A stretch of 64,000 nucleotides of DNA from the NCBI GenBank assembly GCA_030770535.1, contig JASVEC010000015.1, forward strand, positions 62,001 to 126,000, written 5' to 3'. The position numbers were made by a program, and so were the translations under genes. Position 1 is the stretch's first letter; every line of letters starts with the position of its first letter. Of this stretch, positions 40,424-52,052 are shown one piece after another. The notes under the pieces are model-generated. The model did no database searches. It saw only the letters and a program-made list of their open reading frames with translations, and was not told the DNA's origin. The stretch is from Batkoa obscura (taxonomy: Eukaryota).

Positions 40424-42862
40424 GGGGTTGTCTGAATTAGTTTCATTATTTTATCCAATTTTTGAAAAAATTTGTATTTTAAAAACTTCGCTTAAAATTC
40501 TATAAAATCACATCTTTTATTAAAACAAAAGTACCCAAACACAGTTCTAAATCATTCTATTATAGCTCATACTGTAAGTTAGTTGAATTTCTACTAGATC
40601 TTAAATACATGTTCTTATAAAGCTTAATTGAGAAATATTTATTATCAACCGCTTTATAACCAACATTGTAGATTTATTATCAAATAAATAAACTATTTTA
40701 ATGTTATAATTACATTATTAATATATTGCCAAGTTAATAAATAGCTGCATGGGAGGGAGTGGTTAGCCCCAAAACTATAATTAACCATCCCTATATAGTA
40801 CAAGTAATAATAGTTTTTACATATTATTACAGTTACTTGTTCTTTGACTATTTATTAACTTAGCTATTAATAACTTAAGTAATCCTAACATTTAACAATC
40901 TATTTCTATGATTCAACAAACTACTTACTTGCTTAGTAAATATCGAAATTTTTAAATTCTCTGTTATCTTCGTAAGGTAAGCTGGGATCGATCTTTTAAT
41001 TTTTCTGTTTTCTATAGACTCTATAACTTTAATTGGGACTATATCGCTTTTTTTTGATGTATCAGATACTGGATAACAATGTAGTTTATTGTTATGTTTA
41101 ATAAAGTGTAAATACTTCTTAATGCCTTGCATCTCTATTATTCTTTTTGTATTTTTGTTTCTTTTATACTTTTTAAAAATTATATCTGTTTTCCCATTAT
41201 TAACAGTCGAGTTATTAATTTTATTATGCTCGCAAATAAAAGCCTCAAATCTTGAAATTAATTGATCGATATCTTCTATTTTACCTAACGCTTCAAAACT
41301 ACTTTTCCATTTTGAAAGGTTTCTAAAATGTCCATCAACTATACTTTTTCCATGATGCTCAGCAAAAAAATTAAGATTAACATTCAAACTACTATTTATT
41401 TTATGAATTTCTTTAAACATATAGTGTAGAAACTCTTGGGATCTAAAATGATTTCCTGTATCTGCCCATATATTAATTTTTGTAAACTTTTTAAATAGAA
41501 GCTCTGTAGAGATTAAATCGATTAAACAATCTCCTGCATATGCTGAATCATGATTCAATATTTCAGATAAATAATCAAAGTAAACTTTGCCTATTGTTTT
41601 ATCATCTTTTAAATATAATACACCAAAACCTAATACTGATATAGCTTGTTTATTATAATGATCTAGATTTATTGAATCTGGTCTTGTCCCTATTTCCATA
41701 TTTTGTTTAAAATCTAAAACTATTATACAACTTTTGTTATTTAATTTTTTGATAGTTTCATTAAATGTGTTTTTTTGAGTATCAACACAGAATTTATGTA
41801 ATTTGTATAATTTTTCTTCTTCGTTGAAAATTTCTTGTATCTCTGCTTTGTTTTTTGCTGTATTTATTTTATTTTCAAATAACTTTTTTCTAACTGTATA
41901 CTGGGTACATATATTACATAGATCCGTTTTTCTTGCTGGATTTTTGAAATTAGTTGGTATATATTTAAAGAACGTTGACCTGGCTACTGCTTTATCTCTT
42001 AGATCATTCAAATATTTACTATATATCATTCTTCTACTTTTATTTAATATATATATATTATCTGATGAATATTTACTATCGTTACTTTTTTTATTAAATC
42101 TTGATGAAATAGTTGAATCATTTAGTAAATATTGTATGATAGTTTCAATTTGGTCATCTTTAATTTTTTTTGTATTTTTAATAATAGGTTTTAATGTTGA
42201 TATTTTATTATTATTACTTGTTTTTGAATAATCATATTGATTTCTATTTATATTAAACCCAAAACTCTTACATTCATCAAAAGAATATACTGAAGCTATA
42301 GTTGATAATAACGCTACTTGCTGACTTTTGTTTCCTGTTTCCCTTAAAGCACTAATTTTATACATTACTTGATTAAGTTTATTATTATCGATAGTAAACT
42401 TTGATAATATATCTTTTCTTTGTTTTGTTTTATTATAAAATTCCATGAACCTTGGGTTGTTATAAGTAGCTCTTAAAATTGATGTAAATGAATTACAATG
42501 TTTATATTGTGTACTCCTCCCTATTGTATTGAAGTTTTCAAAAATTCCATTTCGAAGTTTAGTTATGAAAGTTTGCATTTTATTTTTATTTCAACAAAAA
42601 ATAAAGTCAAATAAGTGTATTTATATAATTATATAATCATATAGTTATATATTATATATCTGTTAAATATCTAACAGAACTAACATAAAATATATAGTTA
42701 GGAAAATTAGCTATTTAAGAAAAGGAAACAATTAAAATAAGTTTTAAATAGAGACATTTAATTTTAGGCTTTTTAGATTTAACCGTTATATTGAACACAA
42801 ACTTGGAATTTTAAATTTGGATTAATTTCTAAGTAGATTCTGAAACCAATTAGGACAGCCCC
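40424..42862 (-). mobile_element. Complete autonomous DNA transposon (Sola2-like), 2439 bp
   Basis: Left TIR GGGGTTGTCTGAATTAGTTTCA (from 40424) vs right TIR reverse complement GGGGCTGTCCTAATTGGTTTCA (ends 42862), 18/22 identical; ATTT TSD at 40420-40423 and 42863-42866; encloses an intact transposase ORF. Confidence 0.85.
40875..42578 (-). CDS. DDD transposase, Sola (Sola2-like) superfamily
   Basis: STFFKYIP...TDLCNIC...H Zn-binding motif; acidic triad in VLDFKQN, IWADTGNHF and FFAEHHGKSIVDGHF; SEILNHD; intronless, 567 aa, lies between TIRs. Confidence 0.78.
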   Translation of the reverse strand: MQTFITKLRNGIFENFNTIGRSTQYKHCNSFTSILRATYNNPRFMEFYNKTKQRKDILSKFTIDNNKLNQVMYKISALRETGNKSQQVALLSTIASVYSFDECKSFGFNINRNQYDYSKTSNNNKISTLKPIIKNTKKIKDDQIETIIQYLLNDSTISSRFNKKSNDSKYSSDNIYILNKSRRMIYSKYLNDLRDKAVARSTFFKYIPTNFKNPARKTDLCNICTQYTVRKKLFENKINTAKNKAEIQEIFNEEEKLYKLHKFCVDTQKNTFNETIKKLNNKSCIIVLDFKQNMEIGTRPDSINLDHYNKQAISVLGFGVLYLKDDKTIGKVYFDYLSEILNHDSAYAGDCLIDLISTELLFKKFTKINIWADTGNHFRSQEFLHYMFKEIHKINSSLNVNLNFFAEHHGKSIVDGHFRNLSKWKSSFEALGKIEDIDQLISRFEAFICEHNKINNSTVNNGKTDIIFKKYKRNKNTKRIIEMQGIKKYLHFIKHNNKLHCYPVSDTSKKSDIVPIKVIESIENRKIKRSIPAYLTKITENLKISIFTKQVSSLLNHRNRLLNVRIT

Positions 42863-42982
42863 ATTTTATAAATGTTTAAATTTAATTGTAAAGGAACTAA
42901 TCATTTATTATATAACTTAAACTTTCGATATAAATTTAGTTAAAACCTGAGGATTATACTTCAAAAGACTGAACAAATAAAT

Positions 42983-43077
42983 GGGGATGTATTTTGTATT
43001 TAAGAATTTTACTAATACATTTTCCGCTCAAATAGCGCTTAAAAATGGAAAAAGTAATGAAGTCAAAAAAACACTCC
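42983..43077 (+). mobile_element. MITE family A copy
   Basis: AAAT|GGGGATGT...ACACTCC|AAAT. Confidence 0.92.
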
Positions 43078-43130
43078 AAATAATAATCAAAGAATCGTGA
43101 AAGATTGCACATTTGAATGTACAATCGTAT

Positions 43131-43228
43131 GGGGATGTTTTTTTTGGCTTTATTACTTTTCTATCTTTTGAGCGCTATTTGAGTGGAAATTTTTTTAGTA
43201 AAACTCTTAAATACAAAAGTACACCCCC
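43131..43228 (-). mobile_element. MITE family A copy (reverse orientation)
   Basis: GTAT|GGGGATGT...ACACCCCC|GTAT. Confidence 0.93.
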
Positions 43229-44068
43229 GTATACTTATAAAATAGCTATTCTTTTGAAATTTTTATAAATCTTAAAAGAGTCATTAAGCTCTTTAAGTGT
43301 CTTTACAAAATAACAAACTAAAATGGTAAGAGGATTAATAATAGGAAGCCATAGACAAGAGGCCTTGTAAAAATCACTAAAGTTTTAGATTAATATTTTA
43401 AAAAGTGACCCTCTTCTGCTCGGAAAGGTAATAATAGATAGACTTAAGTTTGGCCTTACAAAATAATCTCCAGGTGTGGAAGAGTGTAGTAGTGATAGTG
43501 GGGGTGCGTAGTAGTCTCTGGAAGGAATTCTTAAGTGGTAAGAATTGATGAATTTTACTCTAATGTTTTAACAATTAATAGATCATTTAGTAAACATACT
43601 ATTTGTTTTTTGAGTTTTACGGATATTATGCTGTATAGATTGTTATAGAACCTATTAAATAAATATATATTATAGGTCATCTTATAATATGGTTGGTTAT
43701 ATAGTATGGATAATAGTTACTAGTAAAGGGCAAAAGCTATATCAGCAAGGAGCTATAACATAAGCTTGATATACATTATTTTATTAAAACTAGGAATTTT
43801 AAGCTTCTTTAAAAAGTTTAATTTTTAAAATAATTTTTTAATGCTAATTAGAACTTTTCAAAAAAAATGATATGATATAAATTATTTACTAATTATATAG
43901 ATTCAAAAAATTTTAAACTTTGATTTATATTTAAAATTTTTATTACTTTATATTTTTTTTACATTTTTATATTTTTATGTTTTTACTGCAAAACAGCCCT
44001 TACTTTATATCAATTCAAAATAATTATAATTTTGACTTTTTTTAAAAATTGAAAAATAAAATCAACAT

Positions 44069-44166
44069 GGGAGTGTTTTTTTTGACTTCATTATTTTTTC
44101 CATTTTTAAGCGCTATTTAAGTGAAAAATTTGTTAGTAAAATCCTTAAATACAGAAATACATCTCC
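44069..44166 (-). mobile_element. MITE family A copy (reverse orientation)
   Basis: ACAT|GGGAGTGT...ACATCTCC|ATAT. Confidence 0.9.
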
Positions 44167-44665
44167 ATATAGTGATCAATATTAAAAAAAGGGAATAAAA
44201 TTTTGATTAAAATAGGAAGCTTAATGATATAGCTATTAAAAGCAATATTTTAAACAATGTTTTAACACCTAAAGCCTTTAAGTCTTAAAATCCGATTTTA
44301 TATAAAAATGGCTTAGTATAAATTGCACCTTTAATCTAAATTACAATTTTATATTCAAGAATGAAATCACACTTATCATCAGTTTGTTTACATATTAATA
44401 TTTTTTATACTATTAAAAGGGCGTTGGCTTGAATGGTTCATTAATATACATTAACATCAGTTAAAATAAGTAGAAATAAGAAAGTAGCCCTTGATTTATG
44501 AAAATATATATTATTATATGATTAACGTCGGTCTCAAGACAAATAAAGCTACCAAATGATACATTATTAGTATGATATAAGTCAAAAGCTCTATTTTATT
44601 ATAAAGTAATTTTTGAATTTGATTAGTAGCGAAAATTAATTTATAGAGAAAGTTTAACAATGAAT

Positions 44666-44757
44666 AAGGGTATTTTTGATTTCATCACTTTCTCCGTTTT
44701 TTAAATGCTATTTGAGCATAAAGATTGTTAGTAAAATTCTCAAAAAAATACATCCCC
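44666..44757 (-). mobile_element. MITE family A copy (reverse orientation, degenerate)
   Basis: GAAT|AAGGGTAT...TGTTAGTAAAATTCT...ACATCCCC|GAAT. Confidence 0.85.
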
Positions 44758-46645
44758 GAATAAATATAGTAAAATGGTATTTTAAGAAGTAGCATAACGC
44801 CTTATTAATTTGTTTACTTTAAAATGTAATCCTACATTATTGTGGATCTATTATTTCAGTAGATCAGACACCTTTAATTCACATTCTTTTCAGATGATAG
44901 TAACAAAACGTGATCTTATTTTATTCAATCTATAAATAAAACTTATGGTAATGTATAGAATATTAAATAATAGAAATTAAAGACTTATCATTTACCTTTA
45001 TGTATCTTAGAGAGAGTCTAAATAAAATATGATTGGTTCATTTCTATTTTTTTCAAAATGGATCAAATTTGCAAAAACCAATTAAATTTGAAATCTTAAT
45101 TTTACAAATTATACATTTTTTTACTAAGTTATATATTGTTTAAAACGATGTATAATTTAATATAAATAAATCAAAATAAAATAACATAAACAGAATAAGA
45201 TGCTCTTGCTCTAAAGTCATATTTTTATCTGTAAAAATAAAAAATTACAAGATTTAGAACAAGAGCTTCAAAAAAAATAGTCTATAATTTAAAATCAAAG
45301 CTAACCATAATAGCTATTAATCTGGTTTTAGAGATCCTATTGGCTAATCGATTTCTTAGAAAGTACTTTTTATCAAAACAACTATATAGTTGCTATTTAC
45401 TCTCCCGTATTTTATGCTCTATACTAATTACAGATTTAAACGAAACTAAAAAAATAATGTAATTAAAGTAAACTTGTTAAATTTTTGCCTGAGAAATCTG
45501 GTAGCTCAATATTCATTTTCATTTTTACTAAAGTTATAAATAAACATGTAATGAGCTTTTTTCTATTTGGAAAGCAAACCTTCTATGTTTAGAACACCTT
45601 AAGGTTCAGCTACACTCAGGGCGCGAAATATACATATTATCATTATGCTGTATTGTTTATTTATTTCTAAATAATAACAAAGCTTCCAATTCAATTTATT
45701 CATTATAATTCATAATTAATAGATCATCAATTGTTTGGTAACCACAGTCCAAAAATGGCACTCTGTGGTTTATCATGGTCAAAACAAACTTCTATATTTA
45801 ACATATAAATCAATGCAAATATTACACTATAACCTTTGATAATATTTAATTAAACTGATTCTATAAAACATTTAATTGAAGTCACTATCTAGTACAAAAT
45901 GAACATTTGACACCTAGCCAATCATAATCCACTTTGATATCAAGATTTCGATCTCATCTATATTAGACAAGATGGATATCAACTAAAAGGTGAGTATTAA
46001 ATTAATATTTAGGACAAATATCTTTTTTAGGACTTAATGTTAAACTATTCTTTAGGAATCTAAGTTTAGCTTGATCTACTAAGTTTATAAAATGAAATTT
46101 TATATATAGAATCTTTAAAGGAGAATTAATAACTACCAAAATAGCCTCTTAGTTATCGTCATTAGTCGTTAAGATAAATGAATGACAATAATAAGTAAGC
46201 TTTACTTACTAACATTAATAATTTTGGATTTACTATTACACTAAGGTGGTATATAAGAGTATCATAGAAAAGCATAGAATAAATAAAATTTACTTAAAAT
46301 TTAATTCAGAATAAATTATTTTTGCAATAATACTTTAAAAGGGTCAGATGAAAGTCACATAGCATTAAAATTAATAGGCTTAGTTCATTAACAAATATAG
46401 CTACTACTCTACCATTTACTATTAAATTTATTATTCCAATTGACTGTATTATTTATTAACACTATCAAACTTAATGATTAACATGTTTAACCTCATGATT
46501 AATATTACATTATTATTCCAAATCCCCTTTTTTAATACTTAGTTTTGTATAGTTCAATAGCAAATAGGTATAAATCCTCTAACCCAGAAATGAGTATAAA
46601 TACTACCATTTATCTCCAATTCAAAAATTATCAATTCACTTAACA

Positions 46646-47893
46646 ATGAAATTGAATAACATTTTATTATCAATCTTTAGTTTATGCTCTGCTGTAGTAG
46701 CCCAAGATAAAGTAGTCGTTGGCTACTATGTACCTTGGGGTAAGGTCGAGCCCGAAGCTTTAAGTTACAGTAAAGTAACTCATATCAATTATGGTTTCGG
46801 TGTACTTTATAAAAAAGATGATCCAACTTCTATTTTCATTGATCGTTACTATGATGGTAATCGTATTCGTAAATTAAAAACCTTAGCTGCTGCCAAAGGC
46901 GTTAAAGTTTTAATTTCCATTGGTGGTTGGACAGGTTCTCAAACTTTCTCTACCGTTGCTGCTTCTCCTGCTTTACGTGCTAAATTCATTGATAATGCTT
47001 TAGTCTTTGTACGTAAAAATACTAAACCAGATTGGGAAACAAACCCAGATGGTTGGGATTTAGATGGTATTGATCTTGATTGGGAATATCCAGGTAGAGC
47101 TGCTGCTAAATGCAATGTTGTCTCTCCAAATGATTCTGCTAATTACCTTATCTTACTTAAAGAATTGCGTGCTGCCTTAGACAAGGAGTTTCCAAATAAC
47201 CGTAAATTACTTACTGCTGCTGTTCGTGTTAAGCCATTTGATGGTCCAGATGGCAAGCCAATGACAAATGTTTCTGCTTATGCTCAATACTTTGATTTTA
47301 TTAATATTATGGCTTATGATATTATGGGTTCATGGTCCGCTACTACCGGTCCAAACGCTCCTTACAATTATGACACTGCTCGTGGTGGAGATCCTTTCTC
47401 ATTTACTCAAGGTGTTGATGATTGGTTAGCTGCTGGATTCCCTGCTAATAAATTGACCTCTGGACTTGCATTTTATGGGCGTACTTTAACTCCACAAGTT
47501 GATATGAGTAAAGATCCTTCTAATCAATATGTTAAAAAAGAACCAGTTACTCCAAAAGGCGATTCTTCAGATGCTAATGATCCAAATTTTTTCTGTAATG
47601 AAGGTACTTTTTACTCTGGTGTTTATAAATATAAATACTTGCGTCAAGATATTTTAACTGGGGGACCACTTTCTCCAGGAAATGGCTTCAACCGTTACTT
47701 TGATAATGTTACTCAAACTCCATGGTTATTTTCTAATGCTCAAAAGAAGTTTATTTCTTATGATGATCCTCAATCACTTAAGATTAAAGTTGATTATGCC
47801 AAAAAGAAGAATCTTCGTGGTGTCATGTATTGGGACATGGCTCAAGATTTTAATGATGAATTGTTGAACGTTGCTAATGGCATCCGTAGTTAA
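46646..47893 (+). CDS. Secreted GH18 chitinase, catalytic domain only (chitinase E); near-identical to chitinase B
   Basis: Signal peptide, SIGGW, DGIDLDWEYP; stops right after ANGIR, where B continues into linker and CBM. Confidence 0.95.
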   Translation: MKLNNILLSIFSLCSAVVAQDKVVVGYYVPWGKVEPEALSYSKVTHINYGFGVLYKKDDPTSIFIDRYYDGNRIRKLKTLAAAKGVKVLISIGGWTGSQTFSTVAASPALRAKFIDNALVFVRKNTKPDWETNPDGWDLDGIDLDWEYPGRAAAKCNVVSPNDSANYLILLKELRAALDKEFPNNRKLLTAAVRVKPFDGPDGKPMTNVSAYAQYFDFINIMAYDIMGSWSATTGPNAPYNYDTARGGDPFSFTQGVDDWLAAGFPANKLTSGLAFYGRTLTPQVDMSKDPSNQYVKKEPVTPKGDSSDANDPNFFCNEGTFYSGVYKYKYLRQDILTGGPLSPGNGFNRYFDNVTQTPWLFSNAQKKFISYDDPQSLKIKVDYAKKKNLRGVMYWDMAQDFNDELLNVANGIRS

Positions 47894-48374
47894 AAAACCT
47901 AGCTAATAAAATATTGTAAAATTCAATTGTTATAAATATTATTGCTTCTTAGAAAAGTGTATTCAGAAGCTGCTATTATGATTGTTTACTATTATTTTTA
48001 TAAATAAAGTATTTAAAAATAATAAATTCTATTTAAATGGTGCTCTATTTTGCCTTAACTATTTAATCTATAAAAGTTTTAGCAAAATTTATTAAAGTAA
48101 ATTTTAAATGGTAATGCTTTCACTAAGGTGGTAAATAAATCCCTTTTAGATACTATTAACCGATTAACTTTATACAAAATATTAACAAATGGATGATTTT
48201 ATAAATTTATAACAGTATTGATGAAAAGCTTTTAATAGTTAATAATATAATTATTTAAGGAAGTTAGGCGTCTGTCGTACAATAGGAGTCTTAGTAGATA
48301 AAACAGTCATTGGGTACTCTTGAATTTTATCTGTAAACCTTTCAGTATCACCTTATATTGTTAAGTTTTATTTT

Positions 48375-49702
48375 TTATAAATGAATAAATTTACTTTCAA
48401 GCCATTTCTCAACTTTATGATAATTGTTCCAGGGTTGTTCTTTATTAACTATTTTGTATCCTCTACTTCTTATATTTTCTTCCTTTAATTGTGGATCCAC
48501 AGTCAGCCCGTTTTGAAATGTATAATTATTAAAATTAGGATTATTATTTGAAGGTGGTGAGTTGGATATAGAAATATGGTTATTATGTACTAAATCAAAG
48601 TTATTTTTTAGGTATAGCTTTGATGCTTTTACTTTGTTATTATAATTCATATCATAAGGATCAATTAAACTGCTATTCTGCTTACTGAAGGGAGATGAAA
48701 CAATACTATCCGGCTTTAAACTTAGTCTATTATTATTTGTATTACTATACTAGAACTCGAAAGTTAAAAATATAACTACGTACCTTCTGTTAAAGATAGG
48801 TAACATTTGATCATGAAAGTTATTTTTATAACGCCCTGATAATATAAATATGTATGTCGAGCGAAACAAAAATGTTTACCATTTACAAAATCATTAGATG
48901 GTTTATATTTAACAAGTTCCTACAATATTCAGTCTAGTTGTAAATTTAAAAAGTTACGAACCTTATTCATGCTTTGATCTATACATTTTAGATCAATGTT
49001 TCTATAATTAATAAGTATATTATATAGAAATGGTATTTTTTACTGGTATGACATAGTGTTGTATTCTTTTTGATTATAAAGTCTTGATTGTTTGATTGAT
49101 TGTTTTAACTTTGAATTTTCATTTTGAAGGTTTTTAATTTGCCTAAAGCTATTAGAATATATCTTTCTTTAAAATAATTATACTCTTTCATCTCCTTGTA
49201 GTTTTTAAATGATGCTTTTATTTTATGTTGTATTTCTCTTTGTTGTATTATTTTCTTTTTTAATAGTCTAATTAACTCATTCTTATATTTTAATTGAAAC
49301 TAATTAAAAGCTTTAGTATGTATATAAATCATAATATTATTACATCATTAAGATTCAGTATTTCATTGAAGGCATATGTTAGATTTCCAAATATATGATA
49401 TGTCTCCCTATAATTCTTATTTATGTCAGTCCCATATAAATGATTATATACTTCAAACCTTGGTAGATAGAAGAGTATTCATGCTATTCCTATTACAGAG
49501 TAAACAAGTAGCTAATTTGTTTATACACCTATTTAAATAAAATATTCTTACTTTTATTGTATGCTGCATTTGCACAATGGATACAAACAGTGTGCTTACA
49601 ATCATAGATGTAAAAACTTATTACATTTTTATGGTCTAATGAAAATTTTCCACAAAGCTGGCAATATAAGTAATCAATCAGTTCTGGGTCTGGGGTATCC
49701 AT
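48375..49702 (-). CDS. Multi-exon RING finger + coiled-coil protein, RNF212/Zip3(Cst9)-like meiotic crossover factor
   Basis: Manual splicing: exon 1 (49702-49552) MDTPDPELIDYLYCQLCGK...FYIYDCKHTVCIHCANAAYNK; exon 2 (49511-49459) TTCLLCNRNSMNTLLSTK; exon 3 NYRETYHIFGNLTYAFNEILNLND; exon 4 FQLKYKNELIRLLKKKIIQQ...; further short exons; the ORF-track piece 48375-48650 is part of the last exon. Confidence 0.72.
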
Positions 49703-50294
49703 GATAATATTTCTTTTATAAAAATCAATTAAAGCTTTTTAAATAATTATAATTAATGCATTTATTTATAAAAAAAATGCAAATTCTTTTTAACTTGAAT
49801 TTTGCTTAAGGTTAATAAAAGCTACAGTACATTTGATTTCATCTAATAAATTATCTAACAATTTGATTGGCTGTTTCGAGGAATAGAATGGTTATGTTTG
49901 AGGTTAAGTGAATTAATAATATAACCTGTACTAATTTATATCCCAGGCTTTGACATAGCCTCTAATAAAGTCATTTTAGACGTAACCACAAGTATGAGTA
50001 CATCAATAAAGATTACAAGGGACTGAAAGATTCAAATATTTTTTAAAGTTTTTAATGTTTATTGCCTAAAAGGGATGGTTATTGTTATAATTTTTACGCC
50101 TTATACCATGTCTATTAACACCTGTTTATCAAGCATGTGCTATTTTAAGGATAGCAATTAACAGTTTCTGCCTATGGAGAAGAAAAAATAGATTCCATTT
50201 GATTAAAAGCGATATCCTGTGGAAAAAAGGATTGTATTTTTTAAAGAATAAGTATAACAAGCTTAAACGTTGTAAGTAGCTACTTATAAGCCAA

Positions 50295-50335
50295 ACTACG
50301 ACAATAGTCCTACTACGACAATAGTCCTACTACGA
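50295..50335. repeat. 17-bp tandem duplication ACTACGACAATAGTCCT (x2.4)
   Basis: Direct reading. Confidence 0.9.
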
Positions 50336-50475
50336 ATTATATCAAGTAGCAATGCTTTCTATAACCCTTAAAACAACAGAAGTGCTGAGAGTATCTATAT
50401 ATTTTTGTTAAGGCACAATAAAAGTTTGATTTTTAAAAAATAATATTTATTGCTTATTTTAAAAGCAGTATAAAA

Positions 50476-50991
50476 CTATATAATCAAATAAAAAAGGGAT
50501 ATACCAAAGAATGCGTATAATACACCAACCTTTGCTGTAAAAGCTATTTCAGATAGTGCTCCGGACGTTGAAGAGTTCTTTGATTGTGTAGCCTTACTTT
50601 TATCTTCGGTACTATTGGCAGATTTAGAGACAGAAGCGTCAGTAGTTGGGGTAGAAATTCCTGAATTACAATCTTTTACACATTGGCTTGATTTGGTAGA
50701 GTCACTAATAAAATCTTTATTTGTATAGCAAGATTCAATGCAAGCCTTTTTATCTTTAATACCAGTAGCGGTTAAATCTGAAGAACCAGAACATTTAGCC
50801 TTGCATGATATATCTTTAGGATCACATTTGCTTACACATTCACCAATTGCAACGTTAGCTGCTTGTTCCTCCTTAGGAGCACCTTCTTCACCTTTATTTT
50901 TATCATCGGCTGGGGCAGCATTTATTGAAATAGAACAAATGCAAATAAGAAGTATGAGATAGCTATAAAAATGAATAAAGCTGAAGCGCAT
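50476..50991 (-). CDS. Small Cys-rich secreted, probably GPI-anchored protein (copy 1)
   Basis: Signal peptide, 8 Cys in CxxxC pairs, Ser/Thr-rich stalk, SGA followed by a hydrophobic C-terminal tail. Confidence 0.85.
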   Translation of the reverse strand: MRFSFIHFYSYLILLICICSISINAAPADDKNKGEEGAPKEEQAANVAIGECVSKCDPKDISCKAKCSGSSDLTATGIKDKKACIESCYTNKDFISDSTKSSQCVKDCNSGISTPTTDASVSKSANSTEDKSKATQSKNSSTSGALSEIAFTAKVGVLYAFFGISLFYLII

Positions 50992-51880
50992 TTTGAAATA
51001 AAGAGTAAAAAGTAAAAAGCAAAGAAATTATGAGGAAGCAGATATTTATACTTTTTAAAAGTGAACTTTAAATGGAACTTGGCTATTTTTAACTCTGAAA
51101 ATTCTTAAAATAGGCATCCATTAATAAATATTTGATTCAAATGACCGTTCAATAGCCTTTTTTATCACATTTTTAACTATTCTAATTAATGTAAATTTAT
51201 TTGAGTTTACGAATTGAATTTTGTAAGAATAGGCTCCCTTATTAATTCAATTTCGGTCATATTTCGATAAGCTTGCTGTAAAAAAGGGGATAAAATAGAA
51301 CAAAATTTGATTATGTGGGGTACTGGTAAACAGGGTGAGTGGGATCGAACTTAATCAATGTTTATGTCTTCTGTTTTTAAATTATTGATTGTAGCTGCTC
51401 ATCATTTTATTAGAAGTAAATGTTTGACTATTCCAAGTGAAGTTATAATATCAAGAATTAAATAGAACCATATTTCTTATAGTCAGAAGCTTGAGAAACT
51501 TTAGAATTTAAACTGCTCCAAACCAAACCTTTAATTTGGAATAACTTTGAGCTATTTAAGAAACTTTACTCAAATGATCTATCATGAAGGGCAAAGCCAT
51601 TGAAGTGAATGAAGATGTTAAGAATAAAAAATGAAAGAGGCTGAGTAAAGTAGATAAATGTATTATTTAAAATTTCTTCTAAAAGTAGCATTTTTTATGG
51701 CATTTATAACCTTCTACATATTAATAACAAAATTGAGTGTTACTAGAGAACGTCAAATATGTAATATTCAGTTTTTGATTGGAAATCAATCATTAAGATT
51801 TGGTTGGGAGATTAGGGATTATAGTCTCAAACAGTAAACTAAAAAACTAATTTGACGACCTAAAAGTCGACATGACATAT

Positions 51881-51975
51881 AAGGATATATTTTTGTGTTT
51901 AAGAATTTTACTACCATTTTTCTGCTTAAATAGCGCTTAAAAATGGAAAAAAAGTGAAGCCAAAAAAACATTCTC
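51881..51975 (+). mobile_element. MITE family A copy
   Basis: ATAT|AAGGATAT...AAATAGCGCTTAAAAATGGAAAA...ACATTCTC|ATAT. Confidence 0.88.
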
Positions 51976-51979
51976 ATAT

Positions 51980-52052
51980 GGTTATTTCTTTTTTCTGTAA
52001 AAATCCTGCTAACAATCTTTTTACTCAATATCGCTTAAAAAAATACAGCCCC
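51980..52052 (+). mobile_element. Shorter MITE-A-related element in tandem, ending ACAGCCCC
   Basis: ATAT|GGTTATTT...CTAACAATCTTTTTACTCAATATCGCTTAAAAAAATACAGCCCC|ATAT; shares the intervening ATAT with the upstream copy. Confidence 0.6.

Noticed and set aside
40875..42578. ORF as a Fanzor/TnpB RNA-guided nuclease
   Set aside because: No RuvC I/II/III arrangement with a C-terminal zinc ribbon; the motifs and flanking TIR/TSD fit a DDD transposase.
43320..43760. Purine/G-rich stretch possibly from a retroelement (LQNNLQVWKSVVVIVGVRSSLWKEF)
   Set aside because: Too short and stop-ridden to assign without a database search.
51819..52028. 69-aa ORF
   Set aside because: Lies across two MITE copies; chance open frame.
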